Position numbers and translations under genes: made by a program. A stretch of DNA of 62,952 bases, the filler included, from Octopus bimaculoides (lineage: Eukaryota), in the NCBI RefSeq assembly GCF_001194135.2. It is 4 parts of 4 records of this genome, joined end to end, with 100 filler letters (N's around TTAATTAATTAA, not from the genome) between each part and the next. Parts side by side here need not be neighbours in the genome. Positions count along the whole stretch, not along the records: positions 21,398 to 45,893 come from NC_068982.1; 3 more parts are not named here. One strand, given 5' to 3'. Shown in pieces: positions 23,510 through 36,335 of this stretch (its first letter is position 1; each line of letters starts with the position of its first letter). The notes beneath the pieces are model-generated. The model did not search any database. It was not told the DNA's origin and saw only the letters and a list, made by a program, of their open reading frames with translations.

Positions 23510-24690
23510 TCATCGGGATGGTCATTTTTTTTTGCCAAATATGCACGCGCACTATATATTCGTTCTTCACTCGTTTATTACTATTCTCATTCTAACTCAT
23601 CTGCATTGTCCGGGAATCTTTCGTCACACATCTGTGACAACCTCAGCGACATTTCCGTCATCGTGCTCTACTTATGCCATTCTGTTCTTCTATGTGTATC
23701 TTTATATGCCCATGCGTCTGTGTCTGCACATGGGTGCATGTAAATGTATTTCTGTGTACATGTTAGTGTCATTGTTCTTAGTAGCACTATGACCCTCCCC
23801 TCTCCCCCTCTCGCCTACCCCGTTGCCGCTGCTGCTGCCCCTCACCTCCACTTTTTAGTACCGTTCTTGTAACTCACTGTATTCGTGTGTTCGGCTATGC
23901 TGCTACCCTCGTGGCAATTATCGTTGTTGTTGTTATTCTTGCCGTTGCTGTTAGTCGTGTTGTTGATATTGTTGCAGCTGTCTGTGGCGTTACCGTATGT
24001 GTGTTTGTGTTTGTATATGGGTTCGCTTCCTATGTTGTTTGTATCCGTGCCCCTTATACAGGTTTTTTCTATATATATATTTTTAAATTTATCATAGATA
24101 CGTGCATATATATGCACATAGCTATGATAGACATATATACACATATCTATGATAAATTTTAAAAAATTACAAAATAAAAATTAGAGACAAAAAGAAGAAA
24201 AACTGTATAAAGGGCACGGATAGGAAGCGAACCTATATACACAGAGAAAAACACATACGTTACTGCACAGACGGCCGCACCGCAACAATATCAACAACAC
24301 GACTAACAACAATGGCAACAACAACAATAACTCCCACGGTAGCAGCAGCGTGGGCGAACAGACAAACAGTGAGTTACAAGAACGGTACAAAAAGTTGGGT
24401 TCAGGGGCAGCACCAGCGGCAATGGGGTAGGGGATGGGGCTGAGAGGTAGGTCATAGTACTACTAAGCATAATGAAAGACACACACACGCATAAATACAG
24501 ACGCATGCGCATATAATGATACATATCATAGAAGAACAGAATGGAATAAACAGAGCAAGAGCATACACGAATACGGAAAGCGTCGCTGATGTGTAACGAA
24601 AGATTTCTGGACAATGGACGCGAGTAATCAATGAGTGAAGAACGAATATATAGTGCGTGTGTTTATTTGGCAAAAAAACTGACCGCCCCA
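23510..24690. mobile_element. Foldback-like element: two ~500-550 bp diverged inverted arms around a short AT-rich spacer
   Basis: The left arm (ggtcatttttttttgccaaata...cactatatattcgttcttcactc...ttcgcttcctat...ccgtgcccct) is the reverse complement of 24195-24690 (aagggcacggataggaagcgaa...gagtgaagaacgaatatatagtg...tttggcaaaaaaactgacc). Confidence 0.8.
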
Positions 24691-24694
24691 AAAT

Positions 24695-24731
<37 letters not shown>

Positions 24732-26228
24732 NNNNNNNNNNNNNNNNNNNNNNNNNNNNNNNNNNNNNNNNNNNNNNNNNNNNNNNNNNNNNNNNNNNNN
24801 NNNNNNNNNNNNNNNNNNNNNNNNNNNNNNNNNNNNNNNNNNNNNNNNNNNNNNNNNNNNNNNNNNNNNNNNNNNNNNNNNNNNNNNNNNNNNNNNNNNN
24901 NNNNNNNNNNNNNNNNNNNNNNNNNNNNNNNNTATTTTATCCTAATTAATAATAATTCGGATATAATAAATGGGTTAATAGAAACCAGGGTAGCAAACAA
25001 AACATATCCCAATCATTTTAATATCTCATTATTTGACGAAAAATTTACTGGTCAGCATAATACATTGTGATTTTCAGATCTCGATAAAACTTTTACACTA
25101 ACAAATATGTTACGGAATTACTGTAGTAAACCTTACTTATATTTTTGACTTTGTCTTCTTAAGCAAGATTTACTCTTTCAACCCCTAATTCAGCCCAACT
25201 TTTCTAGCATATAATAATAAAGTAATCATTTCATGTGAATTAATGGACAACCCATTAACTTTATTATTCTTTAATTCATTAATTAATTTTCATTCGTTTA
25301 ACATCTCATTCACTTTTATATGAATTACCTTCCGATAAATATCCCTCTACTTTATTAATAATTACCACACATCGACAGTTATTCATACGTACTAGGGTGT
25401 ATATTAAATTGCGTATGAGTATCTATATAAATTCATGTAACAAGAAATACATAAAATATATATGTATGTATAATGGTACGTGTATAAGTGTTTTTTATAT
25501 ATACACGTGCATCTGTGGGAGAGTGTGTGTATATATACTCATATTTTTGTATGAAACTAGATGTGTTTGTATAGATTTTTGTGTACATATATGTATTTTT
25601 ATTTTTATTTTTATTTTTATTGCTATCATTTATAAAAAATATATAAATATGCATGTATGTATGCTTAATTGGATGTATGTATATTTTTGAAGCACAGATA
25701 TATTTATGCAACTTTTTATATATATTCATATATGAGTGTATNNNNNNNNNNNNNNNNNNNNNNNNNNNNNNNNNNNNNNNNNNNNNNNNNNNNNNNNNNN
25801 NNNNNNNNNNNNNNNNNNNNNNNNNNNNNNNNNNNNNNNNNATATATGTATATATATATATATATGTATGTATGTATGTATATGTATATATGTGTGTATG
25901 TATGTATGCATGTATATGTATGTGTGTGCGTATTTGTGTATATATATATATGTGTATATGTGTGTATATACATATATATATATATGTATTTGTATATATG
26001 TATGTATATATATGTGTGTGTATATGTATGTTTATAGGCGTAGATGCATATATATGTGTATGTGTGTGTATATTTGTATTTATGTATTTATGGGTATGGA
26101 TGTGTATATATGTGTATGTGTGTATATATATGTGTGTGTATATGTGTATGTCTATATGTGTATATATATATGTATATATATATATGTATCTATATATATA
26201 CATATGTATATGTGTATGTATTGATATG

Positions 26229-26278
<50 letters not shown>

Positions 26279-26333
26279 NNNNNNNNNNNNNNNNNNNNNN
26301 NNNNNNNNNNNNNNNNNNNNNNNNNNNNNNNNN

Positions 26334-26387
<54 letters not shown>

Positions 26388-26658
26388 CGTATGTATATGT
26401 GAGTGTGAGTTTTGACGTGGATGTGTATATAAATATGCATATATGAACTTATTGGAGTAAATGTGGGTCTGTTTGTGTATATATATGCGCATACACATAA
26501 GTATAAGTGTTTATATACATTCATCTCAATATTTTCATAGAAACACAGTATTAATCCCATTTATAATGCCTTTTTATTACATAACATTCCTCTCCCCCAA
26601 AATTTTTTAATTGGATTTATATCATCCCATCTACTCCCAAATCTACACTCTGAATTTT

Positions 26659-26705
<47 letters not shown>

Positions 26706-26965
26706 CTCTTTTTTTCTCTTCCTTCCTTTCTTGTCCAACGTACTATCTGGTAGCGTCCACATATCTAACGGTTCTTTCAAATGAATTACGTTATAACCTT
26801 ATCCAACTATAGTTGTCAAACTCGGTCATAATGTCTTAAGTTTAAGATGGTTCCCATACATTCCCTGAGGAGAAGTTTACATTTTTAACATCGACGATTC
26901 CTATGGATCGCATAAATTGTAATTCTTCGAAACATATGTCGGAATAAAGTATGCANNNNNNNNNN

Positions 26966-27007
<42 letters not shown>

Positions 27008-27010
<3 letters not shown>

Positions 27011-27259
27011 AAAAGGGATGAAAAAGTTAGAAACTATTGTCTTATGAACTTCATTAACTTACAACTGTTTCCGCTATAAAATGCAGTGGACTGATTGTAG
27101 AGTGCCTGACTAATACTTAATGTTTGAGGCTACGTTGAAATTATAAGGTGTTTACTGAGACACTTATCTTCTTCCGGTCCACTGTATCATATAGCGAAAA
27201 CAGCTGTTAGCTAATGAAGTTCATAAAATAATCGCTGATTCCTTTGTCATCTCTTTTCC
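27008..27259. repeat. Imperfect inverted repeat (~80 bp arms), probable old MITE
   Basis: 27008-27091 pairs with the reverse complement of 27177-27259, including an exact ttatgaacttcatta core. Confidence 0.65.
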
Positions 27260-27411
27260 TTATTACCACTCTGTACTCGTTTAACGCTTTCTTCAGAAGC
27301 GTTAACCGAATACAGCGTTCTACATTAGGTTATTGATATCGCAATGCTTAAGTGAAACGTATATGTGTGTGTGAGTGCGTGCATACATACATACATACAT
27401 ACATATCTTTG

Positions 27412-27461
<50 letters not shown>

Positions 27462-27474
27462 CGGAGATAGACGG

Positions 27475-27518
<44 letters not shown>
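27412..27518. repeat. (GATA)n microsatellite. Representative of many SSRs: (AG)n 3196-3268, (CT)n 26660-26700, (ATT)n 34561-34635, (GATA)n 54611-54680, (TATC)n/(TGTC)n 55481-55594, (TG)n 61974-62036
   Basis: Directly visible. Most N-gaps are flanked by SSRs. Confidence 0.95.
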
Positions 27519-27519
<1 letters not shown>

Positions 27520-29081
27520 TGTAGTTGATAATTATTTTTGTCGTAATACTCTAAGAAGATTTGTTCTGAACTCATAAATCATATCAGCAAACAACACATT
27601 TGTTTTAATAATCGATCAGAAATTAGAATATCTATTATCGTTTGGAAAATCACATTTGATGTATCAGCTTTTTGTAAGATCTAAGAGTGAGATGGAACAC
27701 GTTACAATGTGACCCATTAGTTATATATCAATAATTAGTGCTGTATCTAATTAATATATTGTGTTTCAATCTGTCAGGAATGTTGCTAGTCTGGTAATGT
27801 TCGCTCTTTGTTGTGGAAGCAATTTCAAGATGATTAAAGAAGAAATGTAGTAACATGTTTTGTATCATTGAAATATATTTGCCGTTGATCTAGAATAATT
27901 TAAAACTAAGACCTTACATAGCCAAGACACTGGTCTGTCTTAAAAGTGACTTGGCTAGTATCTCTAATATCTGTGAATCAAAGCAACACGCTGTCTAATT
28001 AGGTTGTGCACCAGTTGAGGATAACCAGCCAGTCTGAGATGCCGCGATACAACTTTTATAGCTATCCTTCCTTTTATCTTATATCTTTTATGCCGTACAT
28101 GCTTTACTCATTGGACAGTAGCCATGGTGGTGCCCCGCCTTGATGTGATCCTCTTGAACAATTCGAGCCCAGTACTTATGTCGTTTGTTGTTAAAGTCTG
28201 GTACTTATACTATCGATGACTTTTGCCGAACCGCTAGATATGGGTCATAAACAAACCTACAGCGGCCGTCGCGCAGTAAGTTGTACAAACACCGATGCAA
28301 AGACACGCTCACATAGGCATACACATAGAAACATACATACAGATATATGCGATGGACTTGCACATGGGTTTCTTTTACCAAATTCACTCATAGGATATTG
28401 AACAGCCCAGAGCTATATAGCAGATGGGAAAATGTGGAAACTGCATCGATGTTGATACAACAGACGGTAAACTATTAGACAGACAACAGAAGTGGTTTCT
28501 TATCCGACGGTGTACGTAATTTTTCATCTAAACATGCAATAGATTATTTCTAATGCCTCTAACAATGCTAGAAATACGCACAAAGCCCACACACACACAA
28601 ACACATACACACACACATATATATGTATATACATATATATATATATAAAGACAATGAGTGGGAGAAATAGCAGTTAAAACTAAACTCCATGCGTGTTGAA
28701 TGGCCGTTGATTTTTAAATAAAAATAAAATAAAAAAATAAAATGTTGAATATCTTGGGTTACGAATTGATGTGGATAAATGAAGATAAATATATGTTATA
28801 GTTACTTATATTTTTTAGTTTAAATATGTGGTATATACAACTAAAAATCGTGAAATGTGCTTCTAAATTAAATTAATTTTTTAAAATTGATTTGTTCAGT
28901 TTGTACATTAAAGGTAAAACTAGTTTTGTATTGACCTCAGTAACTAAGAAAATTGACTTCGTTTATTTCGCCCGCCTTTCATCATTTTCGTACCAAGGAG
29001 AATATTCCATTTGTTTTTATTTTATATTTATTTTTATATATGCATGTATGTGTGTTTATGTGTGAGTGAATGCATATATCT

Positions 29082-29182
29082 ATGCATACGTAGATAAACT
29101 GTTAGATCCAGAATTAGATGCATACGTAGATAAATAGTTAGATCCAGAAATAGATGCATACGTAGATAAATAGTTAGATCCA
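29082..29182. repeat. 36-bp minisatellite, ~2.8 copies (atgcatacgtagataaatagttagatccagaaatag)
   Basis: Units start at 29082, 29118 and 29154. Confidence 0.9.
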
Positions 29183-32100
29183 AAACCTTGCCTATATTCT
29201 ACAACTTTTGAGAACACGGAATGGTTGTCTAATTCGTAAAACTTCGCGTCGATGATTAAAAATCCGAACAGTTAATATATACAATTAAAAAACGAAAGAA
29301 AGGAAGACGCTGGGCTAAATGCGTTACGAACCAACTTAATAGGCTTCGTTTTATTGTAAAAATGGAAATCGTTAAAGAATACTATTTGCGTTAAGAAAAT
29401 AAATATATATTTCTATAAAGGTATAATTCAGAATACCTATTTGCCTAACAATTATTTCATTAGCGCTATTAAATTTTTTTTTTTCGTTTAATTTTCAAGA
29501 TCTTTAGACAGTAATTATAAACGCTACTTTAACAGGAAATTAGTCAATATTTTGAAATTATTACTTCTTATCAAATGAAATAAGTATTTGTTAAATTTGA
29601 TTGTTGTTTACATAACCCCGTAATCGATTTTTGAAGAAATAAAATCTGTTGCGCGTAGAAGGTGCGGGGGAAAAGAAGACTTTTAGAGAAATATAAAAAA
29701 GGTATGGTGCGTGGTGGGTGAGGTGTGTAGGTGAGGTTTTGTAGAAGGTGTGAGGGAAAGAAAATGAAGTAGAAATATTTTCGAATAGAAGAAATCAGAA
29801 TCATCGAAGGAATAACTAGAATTGATTTTTTTTTTTAACAGCGTATCATAAAGAAGAAATAAATAATTACTTCATGTAATTGGACTTTTGTTTGGTGAGG
29901 AGAAACTAACATCCTCTCCAGTTGAAATTGCACTTCGGTTTCGATTTCCTGTTGTTAATCCTTCGCTTCATACATTCTCCGAAAACACTTCAGAAAACGA
30001 TGACAGTCATGTCTCCATTTAGTTATTTATATTTATTTAAAAATAAGTAGTAATGACAAAAGTAGTATTAATGTCAAAAAGGTAGTATTTATCCCCGCTT
30101 AAAAGTGGATGTTGTGTTAGAACACAGAATACTGTGATAGACATCATGAGAGAACCTCACATATAATGATTTTGGTGCATATAAGCATGTTTCTTTACAT
30201 TGCTAGCGGGAGCGATGGTAACTATCGTTATATTCATTTATTTTGAAAGCAGAACAGCTGTTCGTGAATACCTGAATTTATTGCAATAAATTATGGTTTC
30301 AAGTATTTGGGGTTGTATTCATAAGTGATAGGAAGCAAGAGGTTGAATCTAATGCAAGAACTGCGGGTAGTGGCTCAGTAATGTTCCAACTCCAGCATTC
30401 GTTCCTCAAAAGAAGAGAGGTTTGTAAGAAAATCAAACTTTCTATCTGCATTTGTTGTGCCTTTTCTTAGCTAAGGTCATGAATGGTGTGTAATGGCCGA
30501 GCGAGTACGATCGCAAATACAAGCGTCCAAAAAAAGTGAAAGTAACTACAAAATCATTAAAACGCTCCTGCCTCGGGTAGAGTATCCCTGGTGTCCACTT
30601 TACCTCCAGGCATTTGAATTCAAATGACGCATGCTCCATCTTTGTTTCATCTCTATGATTCAAAAATTACCAATTGAAATACTTGAAGTAATTGCAATAT
30701 CTCGCAACATTTTTTGTAACCTTTCATATCCTTAACCAAGATATATTTGCTCCATAACCATTTTGATTCCTATGTAATTGTTTCCCGATCTAAAGTTCTT
30801 TTAAGAATGTCGTCAGATGGCTACCTTTACTGGAAAACAGCCATACTTAAATTTCCGGCATATTTAGGAATTTTATCTAATGAATTTTTGAAAAATATCC
30901 AAAAGCAATTTATTTTGTCTAAACTAAACAAGTTAAGACGTTGCCTTTACCAACATCTTTGTCTATAATTCGGTCTCATCTTTTCTATATATATACGTGT
31001 TTCTACATCTTTGAGTCGTATGTCTGGCAATACGGGTCATATCAAATTGGTTTATACTCCTTCTATCAATATGAGGACATCAAAATTAGTCAAATTTCTT
31101 ACTTAATTAATGAAATCAGGCATTAATTAATTCTAAAATGAAATACTAGAGGTGATGTATAAGCACGATGCTAATACTCAAACTTGGATGCCATAGCTTA
31201 CCATATATGAGACAATTTTTTTTTTATCGAACACCAAACATTATTTGCTTCCCCCAAGGAAAGAGGTTATTAATTTGATTAATGTTGCTGAAATAGAATT
31301 ATGCGGCTTTGCAGAGCATTTGAACGGAAAAGTGCATGAACTGTTTATTCCATATTCTATTGGTTCGTTTTTTCAACACAACGTGATGGAGAATTGTGTG
31401 TTTTTTAATTGAAAAAAAAAATGTTCGCATTATATACATATAGACACTGTCAACGCGCTTTTACCTTTTTATTCCTTACTTTATTTTCTTTTCCTGTAAA
31501 GAAATAATCTACGTAAGCTATCAATCATGGTGAAACTTAATGTAGTGATCCAGTTTCGAGACCTATTTTTCAGTTAATTACCATCTGTTTTTCATTCAGT
31601 GTAGATTTAATCTAACTTAAAAGTTATTCCATCATATAAATGAGAGAATTCTCAGAAACATTCCTTAGTTTTTTAATTTTTATTTATTTAGTTTTAGTTG
31701 ATTTTTTTTCATGTTCACCTTTTATTAATTAAAAGAGTTGCATTTAAGATTAATATTATATTTCAGTGCACGTAGCTTCTATATCTTGGTAAAAGAAATA
31801 TACATATTGACATAAGTAATGATGGATCATTTTATTTTCTTATTACTAATATGGCATCAAAATGTAGACAGGTAATCGGATTGATTCAAAGAACTTTCAG
31901 AATAACAGGTCTGGTAATGATAATAGTCATCTTCGGAACATTTGTCCTCAAGTGTCTAGACTACTGGTTCGAATTGTGACCACAACATTGTGTAAAGTTA
32001 ATGGCGTAACTTTTAGTAAACCAACGATGCTACACAGAGCAGCGCCTTGAAAATGTTTAGTCGAATTAAACTAACTCAGTACTGGATTCTTTTTTATATA

Positions 32101-32796
32101 AGCCTGGTTCTCATTCTATCAGTCTGTTATGCCGAGCTGCTAAGCTACGGGAACGTAAACACACCAACACTGGTTATCAAGTGGTGGTAGGGGACAAACT
32201 CACATAGACACAAAGACACGCATACACACACGCACACATATATGTATGTGTGTGTGTGCGCGTAAATACATACATTATGTAGTTATGGCTGCAGTTAAAA
32301 TGGCTGAAAGAAGTAAAAGACTATATGTATAAATATATTTTGAAGAATTGGAAAATTTCGCCTCTTCCTGATTAACTTGACATCTTTCCATCGTTATCAT
32401 TTAAGGTCTAAGTAGGATAGCTCTTTTACATTTTTACTTTTGATTTTTTGCATTTTAATTTGTTTTAGCTTTTTCCGTTGTTTACTGTCTGCGTTATCTA
32501 TATGCTTCCATCTCAATTTTTTTCGCGTTTCTTCTATTATTTAATTCCTTTAGTTCGTTATTATATGAATATTTAGTTCGTGGTTGTGCCTGAAGAATAT
32601 GTCTGAATTTTCTCAGCATATCAAACTATTGGTAGCGCTTTAATGCATGTATTGTGATCTTTAAATAAGTAATGTTTATCTCTCACCAGATAGAGTACTT
32701 TTTATGTTGAATTTTCTAATACGGATCAGTACATTACACACACACACACAAACACACACACACATACACACACACACACACACACATATATGCATA

Positions 32797-33012
32797 TAGA
32801 GTTGGGCAAAAGTCACACAACAGTAAAAATCCCATAAATGCTATCTGTAATTCTGTATTGACTCGAATGAGAAATGTGTCGCTGAAGAAGGACTTCAGTC
32901 TGAACAATTTTTATGACGTTTCATATTTAGATGCTTTTACTAAATTCATTCGGTTGTTAAACATGAATGAATCTTGGAAATTAACTGGTTTTCTGACTTT
33001 TGGCCAACCCTG
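32797..33012. mobile_element. Small Tc1-like MITE
   Basis: Imperfect ~19 bp TIRs tagagttgggcaaaagtca / tgacttttggccaaccctg in a TA-rich context. Confidence 0.5.
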
Positions 33013-33123
<111 letters not shown>

Positions 33124-33135
33124 TGTGTGTGTGTA

Positions 33136-33561
33136 GGCGCAGGAGTGACTGTATGGTAAGGAGCTCGCTTCGCAACTACGTGGTTCCGGGTTGACTACCA
33201 ATGCGTGGCATCTAGGGCAAGTCTCTTCTACTATAGTCTCGCGCCGATCAAAGCCTTGTGAGTGGATTTGGCAGACGGAAACTGAAAGACGCCCGTCGTA
33301 TATATATGTATATGTATATATGCATGTATGTATGTATTTTTCTATGTTTCTATGTATGTATATATTTGTGTCAGTGTTTGTAACCCCCTCATCGCTTGAA
33401 AACCGTTGTTGGTGTGTTTACGCCCCCGTTACTTAGCGGTTCGGCCAAAGACCGATAGGATAAGTACTACACTTACAAAGAATAAGTCCTTCGGTGGATT
33501 TGTTCGAGTGAAGGCGGTGCTCCAGCATGGCCGCAGTCAAATGACTGAAACAAGTAAAAGA
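33136..33561 (+). mobile_element. Full bipartite tRNA-derived SINE (head/core + internal (TA)/(TATG) tract + tail); reverse copy at 42920-43282
   Basis: tRNA-like head ggcgcaggagtgactgtatggtaag...ggttccgggtt. Head and tail halves recur separately across the window. Confidence 0.8.
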
Positions 33562-33570
33562 TTATATATA

Positions 33571-33604
<34 letters not shown>

Positions 33605-34170
33605 NNNNNNNNNNNNNNNNNNNNNNNNNNNNNNNNNNNNNNNNNNNNNNNNNNNNNNNNNNNNNNNNNNNNNNNNNNNNNNNNNNNNNNNNNNNNNNNN
33701 NNNNNNNNNNNNNNNNNNNNNNNNNNNNNNNNNNNNNNNNNNNNNNNNNNNNNNNNNNNNNNNNNNNNNNNNNNNNNNNNNNNNNNNNNNNNNNNNNNNN
33801 NNNNNNNNNNNNNNNNNNNNNNNNNNNNNNNNNNNNNNNNNNNNNNNNNNNNNNNNNNNNNNNNNNNNNNNNNNNNNNNNNNNNNNNNNNNNNNNNNNNN
33901 NNNNNNNNNNNNNNNNNNNNNNNNNNNNNNNNNNNNNNNNNNNNNNNNNNNNNNNNNNNNNNNNNNNNNNNNNNNNNNNNNNNNNNNNNNNNNNNNNNNN
34001 NNNNNNNNNNNNNNNNNNNNNNNNNNNNNNNNNNNNNNNNNNNNNNNNNNNNNNNNNNNNNNNNNNNNNNNNNNNNNNNNNNNNNNNNNNNNNNNNNNNN
34101 NNNNNNNNNNNNNNNNNNNNNNNNNNNNNNNNNNNNNNNNNNNNNNNNNNNNNNNNNNNNNNNNNNNNNN

Positions 34171-34559
34171 TAGGATGTGTGCAGTGCCCAGTAGTGCAAT
34201 TTTCTGTATGTTATATATATTTGTAAGTCCTGGTGTTTTTGTTATGTATTTGTCTGAATATTTTTTTATTATAGCTAAGGCACCTACTATGATAGGAATT
34301 GTTTCTGTTTTTAGATTCCACATTCGAGTTACCTCTATTTCCAGGTCTTTGTATTTTGAAAGTGTTTCCATTTCTTTTAGGGAAACGTTGTCATCTGCTG
34401 GTATTGATACATCAATTAGAAAGCATTTTTTTTTCTTCATGATCTTTGACAACTATATCTGGTCTGTTTGCCTTAATTTCTTTATCTGTGTTTATTGGCA
34501 TATCCCAGAATATGGTTGCTTTCTCGTTTTCTGTGACCTTTTCTGGCGAGTGTTTATAC

Positions 34560-34560
<1 letters not shown>
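34171..34560 (-). mobile_element. 5'-truncated R4/Dong-like LINE (RLE domain) inserted in the (TAA)n of a SINE
   Basis: Minus frames give WYKHSPEKV...KANRPDIVVKD...KKCFLIDVSIPADDNVSLKEMETLSKYKDL (PD-D/E-xK RLE). It is preceded on the minus strand by the SINE head (34636-34690) and (TAA)~25. Confidence 0.85.
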
Positions 34561-34639
<79 letters not shown>

Positions 34640-36075
34640 TCACTGCTTGGAATGGAACTCGGAATCTTAGGATTAGTAATAACGAGAGTTTCAATACGAG
34701 TAATATCTTCAGTTATTTAACCTTTATATAAAATGTTAGCCCCCGAGGGGATTCTCGATAGATTTATATGAGAATATAAATTAATGGATTCGTTGTTATT
34801 CAAGAACTCGTGATTCTTTCACCTTTCTCTCCCAAGATGGTTCGATAAAGTAACGGAAGACTTAAATGTAAAATGCATTAAAACGTAAAGGAATTTCTCC
34901 TAGATACAATATATTTGTTTAATATGAAGCATATATCGCCATATGATAGCACATATCATGTATCACCGAAATTTCATCTCTGAAATATATATTTTTGATA
35001 AATATGGAAATGTCTATAATAAATGTTCAATATATTTTATTTAAATGTCATTATACCAAACTTTCTTCCTCTCGAAAATTTAAATTAGAATTCACTGTTT
35101 TTACTTATTTTATTGATTATTTCAATTTCTCTTATCTTCAAACGCGATCTTACTTTAAATCCTTATTGATTAATAACATTATTGTTGTTGTTGTTGTTCT
35201 TCTTACTTTATTTTACATGGATACGTCAATTCTTGCATTACCATGGTGATGTGGTGATATATTTGAGAAAATTAAGATCAAAAGAATAATTAATCAAAGA
35301 TATTCATATGTAATTAAAGAATAAGTATTAGATTTCTTTTTGGATATTAACAATAATAAGTAAAGATAGTGCTAAACAAATCTTATATTAAGCGAAGTGT
35401 TAAATATTGCATCCAAAACTTCATTCAAATTCTTTACGAAGTGAAATTCTCCGTGCATACATAATGCTGATGACTTTTTGAACAAGTGATATACCTTAGG
35501 CATGCTTCACTATCTTAAAAACACATGATTTTATGGTCAAATAAAACAATATCTTAATATTTTAACAATAAATTTCAAGTTTATTGTCTGAAACGCTAAG
35601 CACTTAGACTAATAAATTCAGTTATATACAACGGAGTATTGATCGCTTTTACTTAGAATTCTGTTCAATGATTCTTTACTATGTCATCGTGATTTCAATG
35701 CAAGGCAAACATCTGATCATAAGTAATCCAATATTATGGACATATTAGTAATTTAAAGAAGAAATGAGGTGGTCATTATGACAGAAACAAGTAAAAGATT
35801 GAATAAAAAGAATAAGGAAACTCTTTCAGAGCTCATTCACACCAATCATGCAATTTCTCGATCTGTGACTTAACGTCATGTGGAAATTTAATTTTGGAGA
35901 AGGTTAATCGATATCTTTGTCCCCAGAATTTCATTGGTACTTTATTTTGTCGACTCTCAAAATAAAATGCAAGGCAGATTTTCATGGGATTCGAACCCAG
36001 GATATAAAGAGCCCGAATAAATATGGTAATTCTCTCTAAAGTCACTGCCAGTCAACCACTACGCCATATGCCCGT

Positions 36076-36335
36076 GGGCATATGGCGTAGTGGTTAAGAG
36101 CGCGGGCTACTAACCTCAAGATTCTGAATTCGATTCCAGGCAGTGACCTGAATAATAATAATACTAATAATAATAGTAATAACAACATCGAAAAAATACG
36201 TTAAGAATGAGAACCCAGGTTCGAAATTTCCCCAATACACCTGATGAAGGCTGGAAGGCATAGCAGCTGAAACGTTGTTAACAACAGACAAGATGAGGAC
36301 AAATATCCGTCAAATGTAAATAATGTAAATAATGC
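36076..36335 (+). mobile_element. Full tRNA-headed SINE with internal (TAA)n and a hammerhead-like 3' region
   Basis: A box TGGCGTAGTGG, B-box-like GAATTCGATTCC, (TAA)n, CTGATGAAGGCTG...CAGCTGAAACGTT, and a tandem aatgtaaat tail. Confidence 0.8.

Noticed and set aside
25397-26560. Long ORFs (up to 375 aa) rich in Y/I/H/T/C/V, and similar ORFs at 33.4-34.4, 44.3-46.5 and 55-57 kb
   Set aside because: They are translations of (TA)n/(TG)n/(TATG)n microsatellites and N-gaps, not proteins.
29082-29182. 36-bp direct repeats superficially CRISPR-like
   Set aside because: They are contiguous tandem units with no spacers, in a eukaryotic context with no cas genes: a minisatellite.
30470-30640. Acceptor-like site followed by ATG GCC GAG (MAERVRSQIQASKKSE...)
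   Set aside because: Short frame, no homology and a weak donor; compatible with chance.
36076-36150. tRNA-like sequences at SINE heads (also 33136, 44836, ~54150)
   Set aside because: They have A/B boxes but no complete cloverleaf, and they continue into repeat bodies: SINE heads, not tRNA genes.
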